Origin: Candidatus Binatia bacterium
GTDB taxonomy: Bacteria > Desulfobacterota > Binatia > UBA9968 > JAJDTQ01
DNA: 64,000 nucleotides
Assembly: GCA_022824205.1 (NCBI GenBank)
Contig: JAJEAI010000201.1
Location: 4,704-68,703, forward strand
Reading direction: 5' to 3'
Shown: positions 1 to 9,203 of the stretch, piece by piece
Layout of the letters: every line of letters begins with the position of its first letter
How positions within the stretch are numbered: position 1 is the first letter of the stretch
Notes under the pieces: model-generated
What the model saw: the letters and a program-made list of their open reading frames with translations, nothing else
What the model was told of the DNA's origin: nothing
Database searches by the model: none
Translations under genes and position numbers: made by a program

Positions 1-70
1 ACCCTGAGTGTCGCCGTGGACGACCTCGTGGCCGCCGGAGATGACGAGTGGGATACCTCAGGAGGCGGCG

Positions 71-658
71 ATGGACGGTGCCCCGAAGAATAGTTCTCTG
101 CATCATAGAATACTGGATACGCTCATGCGCCGTTACGATACGCCGGTCATGAGCAACGTTTATCGGGCCGACTATGTCGAGTGCCTGGTTGTGCTTGCAC
201 TGGGGACGGACTGGTGGCTGACGTGGGAACGCGGTTGGGACTGGGCCGCATGGGACATTCAGCATAGCTCCGGGGCCCGGCTTGAGGTCAAGCAGGCCGC
301 GGCGAGGCAGTCATGGGATCGTGAGACACGAGCGCCGTATCGCTCCCCCAGATTCGACGTCGCGCCTCGCACCGGCTACTGGACAGAGGACGGGAGTCGA
401 TGGGTGGACTCACCGGGACGGCCAGCGGACATCTATGTTTTTGCATGGCATGACGAGAGGCGCGATAGGTATGCCAATCACAGCGATCCCCGCCAATGGC
501 TTTTCTTCGCGGTGGCGGAGCAGCATCTCCCGAGGAACAGGAAGTCCATCGGGTTGACGGGGCTCAGAGCCACAGTCTCTCCGTGCCGAATCGCGGACCT
601 CAAACACGTGGTCGAGAATGCGTGCCCCGGACGAGCGCACCTCAAGGCCGCCCTCTGA
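71..658 (+). CDS. hypothetical protein (possibly PD-(D/E)xK-like); start refined to ATG 71 preceded by AGGAGG
   Basis: The ORF track frame begins at 8. An in-frame ATG at 71 has an AGGAGG box 5 nt upstream. I recognise no family; there are only weak D...E.K-like residues. The protein may be complete or the frame may continue upstream of the window. Confidence 0.35.
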   Translation: MDGAPKNSSLHHRILDTLMRRYDTPVMSNVYRADYVECLVVLALGTDWWLTWERGWDWAAWDIQHSSGARLEVKQAAARQSWDRETRAPYRSPRFDVAPRTGYWTEDGSRWVDSPGRPADIYVFAWHDERRDRYANHSDPRQWLFFAVAEQHLPRNRKSIGLTGLRATVSPCRIADLKHVVENACPGRAHLKAAL

Positions 659-822
659 CATTTCAACTCGGACCCCTCGCCGAATTGAACCCCTGATCGA
701 ACGCACTGGTCGATAAGGGGAAAGACAATCCAGCCTGGGCCTAAAGTCTCACCCGAAAGACCCGAATATCATGGTACAGGCGGCGAACTAATCCTCGCCG
801 TCTTTGTCCAGGCCCGGGAGGT

Positions 823-1824
823 GTGTCCATGGCCCACGAAATCGACCATCCCCACGACCGGCTGTTCCGCGCGGTGTTTTCGGATGCGGCGGAAGCCGCC
901 GGCCTGTTGCGGGCGGCTTTGCCCGCCGGATTCCGGGACAGGGTGGATTGGGAGACGCTGAACCTGCTGGAGGGAACGTTCCTGGACGACGCCCTGCGGG
1001 AGAGCGAGTCGGACCTGCTGTACGAGGCGGTGTATGGGGAGGATACAGAGCGGATATGGCTGTACCTGCTGTTCGAGCATCAATCGACGTCGGACGCATG
1101 GATGCGGTTCCGGTTGCTCAAGTATTGCTGCCGGATCTGGGATGCGGGGCTGCGGGACGAGGCGGGGCGGCCGGGGTTGCGTCCCATCGTGCCGGTGGTG
1201 TTCTACCAGGGAGGCCGCGGATGGGGGCACTCGACGGAGTTCGCGGACCTGTTTCCTGCGGCGGTTCGGGGATGGCCGTGGGTGCCTCGGTTCGAGCACG
1301 TGCTTGTGGACCAGACGAGTCTCGGTCCGGACGGCGTGGAGGGAGGGGTCAAGGGGCGCATCGCGCAGTTGTTGATGATGGCGGCCTATGGACGGAACGT
1401 GGGTCTCGCGATGGACGCCGCGGCGAGGTTGCTGGCGACGTTGTTTTCAGGTGGCGGGGTGAACTATATTCGTCTATTCATGGTGTACGTGATGGCGACA
1501 CAGGATGAAGCGGGAGCGCTGGCTTTCAACGAAGCGTTGCGGCGCCGTGGCCGCGAGCAGGGAGGCGAGATCATGTCATATGCTCAACAACTCCTGGAAG
1601 AGGGTAGAGCGGAAGGCCGGAGCCAAGGCCGTGAGGAAGGCCGTGGCCAAGGGCTGGCGGAAGGCGCACAACGCGGCAAGGTGGAGGTGGTTGAAGGCTT
1701 TCTGCGGGTCGGGGTGACCTGGGATGTGATCGAGGCCGCGACGGGGCTGAACGAAGCCGGGTTCCGCACTCTCAAGGAGCACTTGGCGGCCTTCGACGGG
1801 CCGAGGGGCGAACAGGAACCGTAG
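823..1824 (+). CDS. Rpn/YhgA-like recombination-promoting nuclease / putative transposase (PD-(D/E)xK) with C-terminal DUF4351-like tail
   Basis: The N-terminus HDRLFRAVFSD, then ...DLLYEAVY...LLFEHQS, and the C-terminal tail QQLLEEGRAEGR...VVEGFL are hallmarks of the Rpn (YhgA-like) family. Confidence 0.7.
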   Translation: MSMAHEIDHPHDRLFRAVFSDAAEAAGLLRAALPAGFRDRVDWETLNLLEGTFLDDALRESESDLLYEAVYGEDTERIWLYLLFEHQSTSDAWMRFRLLKYCCRIWDAGLRDEAGRPGLRPIVPVVFYQGGRGWGHSTEFADLFPAAVRGWPWVPRFEHVLVDQTSLGPDGVEGGVKGRIAQLLMMAAYGRNVGLAMDAAARLLATLFSGGGVNYIRLFMVYVMATQDEAGALAFNEALRRRGREQGGEIMSYAQQLLEEGRAEGRSQGREEGRGQGLAEGAQRGKVEVVEGFLRVGVTWDVIEAATGLNEAGFRTLKEHLAAFDGPRGEQEP

Positions 1825-1861
1825 GGCTCCACGTCTGTGCGGGACGATTGGTGCGCTTGTT

Positions 1862-3538
1862 TCAGGGCTTCAGATCCCCCTCCCCGAACGGAATCGGCTT
1901 GACCACCGCCTTCACCCGGTCGCCATCCTTCTCCACCGCGATCCAGTTGAGGCAGTTCTTGTCGTCCCGTTCGGGGTAGTCGTCGCGGGTGTGCTGGCCG
2001 CGGGATTCCTTGCGTTCCAGGGCGCAGGCGGCAACCATCTCGCCTACCCATGAGAGGTTTGCGCATTCGAGGGACTTGATGAGGCCGCGGAGGTCGTCCG
2101 CCTTGAGGCGGGGGACCTTTTCGTTGCGGATTTCCCGGAAGCGTTCCACGCCGGCGGTCAGGCCGCGCTCGTTCCGTACGACCCCGGTGCTTTCCCAGGC
2201 GATGTCCTTGATCTCCTCGTGCAACTCGGTGGGATCCAGTCCGTCGTCGCGCTTGAAGGATTCGATTCGCGCGACCTCGGCGGACAGCTCACCCGGGTCC
2301 ACCTCGCCCATCTCGGCGTCCGCCCCGTAGATGGCGGCGTACTTGCCGGACCGTGCGCCCAGCGCGAAGGCGCTGGCGATGGCGTTGCCGCTAAGGCGGT
2401 TGGAGCCGTGGGTGCCGGTGGCGGACTCGCCCGAGGCGTACAGTCCCTCCACTCCGGCCACCTCGCAGCGCTCGTTGATGTCGAGGCCGCCCAGGAAGGT
2501 GTGCAGCGCCGGGACCCACTCGAAGCGGTCGGAGCGAGGGTTGACGCCGGCCTTGCCGAGCTTGGGGGTGTACTCGAACTGGATCTCGTCGTCCCATTTC
2601 TCGTCCGGGATGTAGGACGGGTCCAGGTAGACGGGGCCGCGGCCTTCGAGCATTTCCTTGTAGGTGGCGCCCACCAGGATGGCGCGGGTTGTGCCTTCCA
2701 GGCGCTCGGGGTCGTACCGTTCCAGGAAGCGTTCGTTCAGGGCGTTGAAGAAGCGGCCGCCCTTGCTGGTGAAAGGGGACAGGCCGGCCATGGAGATGGC
2801 CTCGCCGCCGGGGGCCGGGATCAGCGTGAACTCCAGGAACTCCAGGTTGGCCAGGGGGGCGCCGATGTCGAAGGCGGCGACGTAGGCGTCGCCCGTGGTG
2901 AGGAAATTGGCGCTGGTGTACTTCTGGATCGCGATGGCGCTGCCCGCGGCCAGCACGACGGCCCGGGCGCGGAACGCTTCATAGGTGCCCTTCTGGACGT
3001 TGAGGCCGAAGGCTCCGGTGACCCGGCCGTTCCGGCGCAGGAGCTTCGTGACCATGGTCCACTGGCGCACCTGGACTTCCCGGTTGAAGACCTCCTTGCG
3101 GAGGTACCCCAGCATGCCCACGCTGCCGCCCACCGGCGGGCAGCTTCGCGCGTAGGAGCTACCCAGGCGCTTCTCCTGGTAGAACTGCTTGCCGTCCGGG
3201 GTCTTCTTGAAGTGGAGGCCCATCTCCTCCAGCTCGATGACCCGGTCGGTTACCTCGTCGACGATGGCGCGCACGATCTTCTGGTTGGGGATGAAGTCCC
3301 CGCCCACGATGGTGTCGCGGAAGTGCATGTCCTTGCTGTCGCGGGGGTCGGCGTGGGCGAAGGCCGCCTGGGGGACGCCGCCGGAAGTGGGGCTGGAGCC
3401 GCTGCGCCCGAGGCGGCCCTTGTCCACCAGCACCACTTCCATGTTGCGCTTGGACGCTTCCAGCGCCGCCATGCACGCGGCCAGCCCGCCGCCGATGATG
3501 AGGACGTCGCAGTCGGTGGTGGGGATGGAATCGCTCAT
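1862..3538 (-). CDS. FAD-binding flavoprotein of the succinate dehydrogenase/fumarate reductase/AprA superfamily
   Basis: The N-terminal FAD motif is DVLIIGGGLAACMAA. HTRDDYPERDD near the C-terminus is the conserved SdhA/FrdA/AprA-family motif. The gene is co-oriented with, and directly downstream of, a 4Fe-4S ferredoxin. Confidence 0.7.
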   Translation of the reverse strand: MSDSIPTTDCDVLIIGGGLAACMAALEASKRNMEVVLVDKGRLGRSGSSPTSGGVPQAAFAHADPRDSKDMHFRDTIVGGDFIPNQKIVRAIVDEVTDRVIELEEMGLHFKKTPDGKQFYQEKRLGSSYARSCPPVGGSVGMLGYLRKEVFNREVQVRQWTMVTKLLRRNGRVTGAFGLNVQKGTYEAFRARAVVLAAGSAIAIQKYTSANFLTTGDAYVAAFDIGAPLANLEFLEFTLIPAPGGEAISMAGLSPFTSKGGRFFNALNERFLERYDPERLEGTTRAILVGATYKEMLEGRGPVYLDPSYIPDEKWDDEIQFEYTPKLGKAGVNPRSDRFEWVPALHTFLGGLDINERCEVAGVEGLYASGESATGTHGSNRLSGNAIASAFALGARSGKYAAIYGADAEMGEVDPGELSAEVARIESFKRDDGLDPTELHEEIKDIAWESTGVVRNERGLTAGVERFREIRNEKVPRLKADDLRGLIKSLECANLSWVGEMVAACALERKESRGQHTRDDYPERDDKNCLNWIAVEKDGDRVKAVVKPIPFGEGDLKP

Positions 3539-3600
3539 GGGTCTCCCGAGGCAGGCTTACGCGTGCCGGCTCATCCGCCGGTGTTGTCCGATGGACTTCC

Positions 3601-3861
3601 TCATGCGTCTCCCGAGCCGGTGGCTCCGGCGGCCGCCGCGGCCTTTTTCTTCTTGGGCCGCAGCACGACCTCGATGGCGTCTTCGGGGCAGACCAGCTCG
3701 CACAGGAAACAGTTGACGCAGTACTTGTTGCCGAAGGGAAAGACCTTGTCTTTCTTGTTGGTGAAGCGGAACACGTCGGCGCCGCAGTCGTACACGCAGA
3801 TGCCGCAGCCGTCGCATTTGTGGGGGTCGACTCGAATCACGCCTGCTCCCTTCCGGGCCAA
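3601..3861 (-). CDS. 4Fe-4S dicluster ferredoxin (AprB-like small partner)
   Basis: Two CxxCxxC...CP motifs are present: CDGCGICVYDC and CVNCFLCELVCP. Confidence 0.7.
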   Translation of the reverse strand: MARKGAGVIRVDPHKCDGCGICVYDCGADVFRFTNKKDKVFPFGNKYCVNCFLCELVCPEDAIEVVLRPKKKKAAAAAGATGSGDA

Positions 3862-3905
3862 CGTCGCATCGCGAGTGGCGTCAAAGCCCCGCCTCGCCCC
3901 GCCTC

Positions 3906-4207
3906 GATTCCCGCTTTCCAGGCTGTGTCAAAACTCCAAACGAACACGGAATGGCACGGCCACCCCGAACCGTCATGGATATGAAAATAAATTCTTGTTC
4001 AATGATTTCTGGTAGTTACGGAATCCCGCTACACCCCAACGAGTCATTCCCGCGGAAGCGGGAATCCAGGCGGTGTGGGGCCGGGCAATAAGGCCGCCAG
4101 ACCCCCCACCCCTGGATTCCCGCTTCCGCGGGAATGACTCATTGGGGTGTGGGTGCCACCTCTTGTCCGCCAACGTTTTGACACAGCCTCTTCCGCGGAA
4201 TGACGAG
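3906..4207. repeat. MITE/REP-like nested palindromic element, copy A: outer IR GATTCCCGCTTTCCAGGCTGTGTCAAAAC / GTTTTGACACAGCC...GGAATGACGAG flanking a ~175-bp inner palindrome
   Basis: The inner unit GATATGAAAATAAA..TTGTTCAATGATTTCTGGTAGTTACGGAATCCCGCTACACCCCAA.GAGTCATTCCCGCGGAAGCGGGAATCCAGG is followed by its own reverse complement. The same unit recurs at copies B-F. Confidence 0.8.
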
Positions 4208-4449
4208 TTGGTACGGCGCCGCCTTGGCCTGATCCGGTCATTCCGGGACGCGTGCAGGCCGAAGAACGTCGTTGACAGCGCGTTCGGGCCTTTGATATGG
4301 CCTTGCTCAACCGCGCTCGTGCGCGGGATTTCACGAGAGCGTGACATACGGAGTGTACCTATAGCGAAAATCACCGGGTAAAGCCACATCGAACCTCGGC
4401 ACTGGAACGCCCGACACTGGAGCACCAGCAGGGAAAGGAGCGAGGGATC

Positions 4450-6021
4450 ATGAGGGAAATCGATCGACGCACGTTTCTCAAGGGCATCGGCGTTGTCGGC
4501 GGCACCGCCATCGGCCTGAGCGCGCTGCACCCGTTCGCCATCGGCGCCGAAGGGGACGTCCTGGAGTATGGGTTGGGAGCCGCGGACATCCGCCGTCTCG
4601 ATCCCATGGCCGGTCCCAACTCGACCGACAAGACGGTGCTGGAGCACGTGTACCGGGGGCTTGTGCGGCCGGTGCCCGGCGAGGTGAACGCGGAACGGTT
4701 CGAGCCCGACCTGGCGGAGAGCTGGGAGGCTTCCGGCGACCTCAAGGCGTGGACCTTCAAGCTGAGGCAGGGTGTCGAGTTCCACGGCGGCTTCGGCGAG
4801 TTCACGGCCGACGACGTGGCGTTCTCGCTGAACCGCGCCAGGAACAAGAAGACCAGCATCTACGCCAAGTTCTACAAGCAGTTCGATGACGTCAAGGCGT
4901 TGGACAAGCACACCGTCCGCATCACCCTCAAGACGCCGCAGGGCAAGCTCATCCTGTTGCCCAACCTGCTCGGGTGGCAGGGGGGCATGATCATGAGCCG
5001 GAAGGCTTCCGAGAAGCTCGGCGACAAGATCAAGACCCAGCCCATCGGCACCGGCCCGTTCGCGTTCAAGGAGCACATACCGCAGGAGCGGCTGGTGCTG
5101 GTTCGGAACGACGGCTACTACCGGGGCAAGCCCAACATCCGGCAGATCAACTTCCGCTTCCTGCCGGACGCCAGCAGCCGGAACCTCGCCTTCAAGGCCG
5201 GGGAGCTGCACATCATCGAATTGGCCCGGGAGCAGCGCGCCATCAACCAAGTCAAGGGCCCGGGCGTGGCCATCGAGTCCTTCGGTCCTTCCACGGTGGT
5301 GAAGCTTCACATGGACCGGACGCGCAAGCCGCTGGACGATCTCAGAGTACGCAAGGCCATCGCCCACTCCATCAACCGCGAGGCGCTGGTCCGTTTCATC
5401 GGTCCCGACGTGGCGTCGGTCCTTCACTCGGTGATCCCGCCCACGTTCGTGGGCTCCCTCAAGGACGTGCCCGCGGAACTCCGCTACGACTACAACCCGG
5501 AAAAGGCGAAGCAGCTCCTGGCCGACGCCGGCTTCCCCAAGGGCTTCAAGATCGATCCGGTTTTCATCAGCGAAAAGCCCATGTTCCGGCGCCCCATCGA
5601 GGTGCTTCAGAACCAGTTGCAGCAGGTTGGCATCAACATCAACATCAACGTCATCGCCCATCCGGCCTGGCACAAGAAGAACGACGAGGGCAGCAACCCG
5701 CTGGTGCTGCGGGCGGCGACGCGCTTCCCCACGGCGAACTTCATCCTGGAAGAGTTCTTCGCCAAGGGCGCGAAACGGAACTTCTCCCATTTCAACGGCG
5801 CGGACCCGTCCATTCAGAAGGCCAAGGCCCAGATCGACCCGCGGGGGCAGATCGATGCGTGGCAGGACGCCCAGGTCAAGATACTGGAGGACCTGGCGGC
5901 GCTCCCCACCCACGAGATCAAGAACGTCTACGCGCGCAAGTCCAGCGTCGACATCGGCTTCAAGCTGGAGTCGGACCTGTGCATCTGCGTGCCGCTCAAG
6001 TGGGATGCCAAGATGGGCTAA
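4450..6021 (+). CDS. ABC transporter substrate-binding protein, family 5 (DppA/OppA/NikA-like), Tat signal
   Basis: RRTFLKGIGVVGG is a twin-arginine signal. The length and overall pattern fit peptide/nickel/opine-type substrate-binding proteins. A GGAGCGAGGG ribosome-binding site lies upstream. Confidence 0.8.
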   Translation: MREIDRRTFLKGIGVVGGTAIGLSALHPFAIGAEGDVLEYGLGAADIRRLDPMAGPNSTDKTVLEHVYRGLVRPVPGEVNAERFEPDLAESWEASGDLKAWTFKLRQGVEFHGGFGEFTADDVAFSLNRARNKKTSIYAKFYKQFDDVKALDKHTVRITLKTPQGKLILLPNLLGWQGGMIMSRKASEKLGDKIKTQPIGTGPFAFKEHIPQERLVLVRNDGYYRGKPNIRQINFRFLPDASSRNLAFKAGELHIIELAREQRAINQVKGPGVAIESFGPSTVVKLHMDRTRKPLDDLRVRKAIAHSINREALVRFIGPDVASVLHSVIPPTFVGSLKDVPAELRYDYNPEKAKQLLADAGFPKGFKIDPVFISEKPMFRRPIEVLQNQLQQVGINININVIAHPAWHKKNDEGSNPLVLRAATRFPTANFILEEFFAKGAKRNFSHFNGADPSIQKAKAQIDPRGQIDAWQDAQVKILEDLAALPTHEIKNVYARKSSVDIGFKLESDLCICVPLKWDAKMG

Positions 6022-6121
6022 CGGCCTTTCCCGGTAATTGGAATGCGTTGCGGGGGCGGCCGGCCGGTGGCCCCCGCACGGAACCACCGCGGCGCAGGTT
6101 CCGGGAGGGCCTGGCGGCACC

Positions 6122-7252
6122 ATGGACAACGACGCCTACGTCACCTACCACGGCAATACCGAGGCCGACCGGGAGATCGCGCAGCGGAGCGTTCTCTTCA
6201 TCGACAATGAGACCGCGGCTCGCGTCCTCACCATGGAGGACACCATCGACGCGGTCGAGGTGTCGTATCGTGAGTGGGGTTTGGGGCGGGCCACCGCCAC
6301 CCGGGCGACCCACTCTGTGCCGCGGCCCAACGGGGACGGCTGGTACACCTGGGACCCCATGGCCTCCGCGCTCCCGAAGATGGACGCGCTGGCCGTCCGC
6401 ATGAAGTCGGACATCCTTCCGGCCTCCGGGACCCAGGTCAAGAAGTACTGCGTGGCGCCCGGCAAGTTCTGCGGCCTCATCCTGCTGTTCAGCACCGACG
6501 ACGGCGCGCCCCTGGCGATCATGAACGACGGCCACGTCCAGCACATGCGCGTGGGCGCCGCGGGCGCCATCAGCGTCAAGCACATGGCCCGCGAAGACGC
6601 CGCCGTCCTGGGTCTCTACGGCACAGCCGGCATGGCCACGGCACACGCCCTGGCCATCGCCAAGGTGCGGCCCATCCGCGAGGTCCGCGTGTACAGCCCC
6701 AACCCGGAGCACCGGACGGCCTTTGCCGACCGCACCGGCGCCAACCTGGGAATCCCGGTGGCGGCGGTGGACGACCCGCGCCGCGTGATGGAAGGCGCGG
6801 ACATCGTCGCGGCCTGCACCAACTCGCTGGAGCCGGTGATCAAGGGAGAGTGGCTGGAGCCCGGCATGCACGTCCTGGCCGTGTTGCCCAACGAGATGGA
6901 CGACGACGTGTTTCGCCGGTGCCACCGCTACGTGTATTCCCGCACGCCCAGGACCGACTACCACGTCGCCGACCCCGAACGGCGCCCGGCCGTGGGCTAT
7001 GAGCCCATCGACACGGAGTGGCTGCGCCGGGAGAAGCAGACCATGGGCCGGGAGAAGCGGGTGTTCCTTTCCGACGTGGTTCTCGGGAACCGACCCGGGA
7101 GGGCCTCCTCCGAGGAAATCACCTGCTTCGTCACCCAGGGCATCCCCATCCAGTTCGCGGCGGCGGCCCGCAAGGTCTACGAGGGCGCCCGCGCCCGGGG
7201 CCTGGGCCACGAGTTGCCGCTGAGCTGGTTCCTGCAGGACATCAGCGACTGA
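6122..7252 (+). CDS. ornithine cyclodeaminase / mu-crystallin family protein
   Basis: The Rossmann motif LGLYGTAGMATAHALA and the overall length match the OCD/mu-crystallin family. The start is refined to the ATG at 6122 within the 6038 frame. Confidence 0.65.
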   Translation: MDNDAYVTYHGNTEADREIAQRSVLFIDNETAARVLTMEDTIDAVEVSYREWGLGRATATRATHSVPRPNGDGWYTWDPMASALPKMDALAVRMKSDILPASGTQVKKYCVAPGKFCGLILLFSTDDGAPLAIMNDGHVQHMRVGAAGAISVKHMAREDAAVLGLYGTAGMATAHALAIAKVRPIREVRVYSPNPEHRTAFADRTGANLGIPVAAVDDPRRVMEGADIVAACTNSLEPVIKGEWLEPGMHVLAVLPNEMDDDVFRRCHRYVYSRTPRTDYHVADPERRPAVGYEPIDTEWLRREKQTMGREKRVFLSDVVLGNRPGRASSEEITCFVTQGIPIQFAAAARKVYEGARARGLGHELPLSWFLQDISD

Positions 7253-7262
7253 TCGGGCGGAG

Positions 7263-8204
7263 ATGAGCAGCTATATCGTTCGCAGGACCCTGTGGGCCAT
7301 CCCCACCATGCTGGGGGTCATGGTCTTCATTTTCGTGGTGATGCGGATTCTGCCCGGCGACCCCGCCTATGCCATCCTGGGGGACGAGGCGCCGCCGGAA
7401 GCCCTGGAGCAGTTCCGGCGGAGCTGGGGTCTCCACGAACCGCTCTGGATCCAGTTCCGGGATTATGTCTGGGGTCTCCTGCGGGGCGACCTCGGCATAT
7501 CCATGGCCAACCGCAGGCCCATCCTGCCGCAGATCCTGCGCGCCCTGCCGTACACGCTGGACCTCGCCGTCTCCGGACTGGCGGTGGGTCTCCTGCTGGG
7601 CATCCCCCTGGGCATCCTCACCGCGCGCCGGCGCAACACCATGACGGACTATTGCGCCAGGGTGCTCTCGCTGGCGGGCATCTCCACTCCGTCCTTCTAC
7701 CTCGGCATCCTGCTGATCTTCTTCTTCGCCTACCAGATGCGCCTCTTCCCGGTCATCGGCGCGGGAGACCTCAACGACCCGTGGGACCGTCTGCACCACC
7801 TGGTGCTGCCGGCGCTGAGCGTGGGGTTGGCCATGATGTCCTACATCACCCGGGTGACCCGGTCCGCCCTCCTCGAGGTCATCAACATGGAGTACGTGCG
7901 CACGGCCCGGGCCAAGGGACTCAAGGAGCGCTGGGTGATGTACAAGCACGCGCTCCGCAACGCCTTGATGCCGGTGGTTTCCGTGGTCGGCATCTACACC
8001 GGCATCCTCATCGGCAGCTCCATCCTGGTCACCATCGTGTTCAACCGGCCGGGCCTGGGGAAGCTCATGGTAGGCGGCATCAACACCCATGACTACGCGA
8101 TGCTCCAGGCCGTGATGACCTTCTATGCCGGGATCATCGTGCTGGTGAACCTGTTGACGGACCTGACCTACGCGCTCATCGATCCGCGGATCCGGTACAA
8201 GTGA
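7263..8204 (+). CDS. ABC transporter permease (DppB/OppB-like)
   Basis: This is a multi-pass membrane protein with an EAA-like loop, PALSVGLAMMSYITRVTRSALLEV. The position and size are typical of DppB. Confidence 0.8.
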   Translation: MSSYIVRRTLWAIPTMLGVMVFIFVVMRILPGDPAYAILGDEAPPEALEQFRRSWGLHEPLWIQFRDYVWGLLRGDLGISMANRRPILPQILRALPYTLDLAVSGLAVGLLLGIPLGILTARRRNTMTDYCARVLSLAGISTPSFYLGILLIFFFAYQMRLFPVIGAGDLNDPWDRLHHLVLPALSVGLAMMSYITRVTRSALLEVINMEYVRTARAKGLKERWVMYKHALRNALMPVVSVVGIYTGILIGSSILVTIVFNRPGLGKLMVGGINTHDYAMLQAVMTFYAGIIVLVNLLTDLTYALIDPRIRYK

Positions 8205-9100
8205 ACCGAACCATGAACGCCGATACACAAGAACCCGTGAGCGCCCAAGTCTCGTCCGGCAGCCGCCGGCGCCGCAGGGTCTGGCGCGCCATGAAGCGCA
8301 ACAAGACCACGTTGGTGGGCCTTGTCCTGACCACCGCGATCCTGCTGGTGGCCCTGTTCGCGCCGTGGCTGGTCCCCTTCGATCCGGTCCAGCAGAACCT
8401 CCTCAAGGGAGACATGCCGCCCGGAGCGGAGCACGTGCTGGGCACGGACAGCTTCGGCCGGGACGTGCTCTCGCGCATCGTCATGGGGGCGCGCGTGTCC
8501 CTGGGCATCGCCCTGTCCGCGGTGGGCATGGCGCTGATCTTCGGCAGCACCCTCGGCGTGGTCGCGGGCTACAAGGGCGGCGCCATCGATACCGTCACGG
8601 TCCGCTTGACGGACCTGTTGATGACCTTCCCCACGACGATCCTCGGCTTGATGGTGCTGGCCGTCCTGGGTTCCGGCATGGTGAACCTCTCCATTGCCAT
8701 CGCCATCGCCATCACGCCGCGCTTCGCGCGCATCGCCCGCGGCTCCGCCATCTCGCTGCGGGAGCGGGACTTCATCCAGGGCGCCCGCGCCCTCGGCATG
8801 AGCGACGCGCGCATCATCTGCAAGCACGTCCTGCCCAACATCTCCAACGAGGTGCTCGTGGTCGCAAGCCTCTGGACCGCCACCGCCATCCTCCAGGAAG
8901 CCAACCTGAGCTTCATCGGCCTCGGCGTGAAACCCCCCACCCCCAGTTGGGGCGGCATGATCCGCGACGGCGTCAACCAGCTCCTCAACCAGCCCTGGCT
9001 CTCCATCGCCCCCGGCGCCGCCATCTTCGCCGTGGTCCTGGCCTTCAACATGATCGGCGACGGCCTGAGGGACATCCTCGATCCGCGGACCATGGACTGA
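8201..9100 (+). CDS. ABC transporter permease (DppC/OppC-like)
   Basis: It overlaps the upstream permease by 4 nt. It has an OppC-type N-terminus and a BPD_transp-like core, RFARIARGSAISLRERDFIQGARALG. Confidence 0.8.
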   Translation: MNRTMNADTQEPVSAQVSSGSRRRRRVWRAMKRNKTTLVGLVLTTAILLVALFAPWLVPFDPVQQNLLKGDMPPGAEHVLGTDSFGRDVLSRIVMGARVSLGIALSAVGMALIFGSTLGVVAGYKGGAIDTVTVRLTDLLMTFPTTILGLMVLAVLGSGMVNLSIAIAIAITPRFARIARGSAISLRERDFIQGARALGMSDARIICKHVLPNISNEVLVVASLWTATAILQEANLSFIGLGVKPPTPSWGGMIRDGVNQLLNQPWLSIAPGAAIFAVVLAFNMIGDGLRDILDPRTMD

Positions 9101-9203
9101 CGGCGAACTCGGCGAAGGTGATGGCGAAGGCCCTCGCGTAGCACGAGGGGTCCTTTGCCGGAAAGTTTGCGATTTCAGATAACCTTGGGTAACCTCGATT
9201 GAA

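Noticed and set aside
2219-4015. Long antisense or alternative-frame ORFs (2219..4015+, 3973..6129-, 4974..6404+, 5996..7210-, 17627..20095+, 19299..20300-, 20749..22320+, 24190..25938-, 34562..37906+, 49563..51533+ and others)
   Set aside because: Each overlaps, on the opposite strand or in another frame, a gene with clear family motifs. The proteins are low-complexity and rich in R, G, A and P, which is typical of stop-poor frames in ~65-70% GC DNA.
3973-4381. ORFs 4044..4334(-), 4073..4381(+) and the C-terminal part of the 718-aa ORF 3973..6129(-), which read through MITE copy A
   Set aside because: They are encoded entirely by the palindromic repeat. The same peptides (SFPRKRESRGGG, PPPLDSRFRGND) recur at every repeat copy (17370..17681, 17413..17607, 20419..20648, 20488..20745, 23108..23461, 26822..27616 N-terminal part, 27954..28172). 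These are repeat artefacts, not genes.
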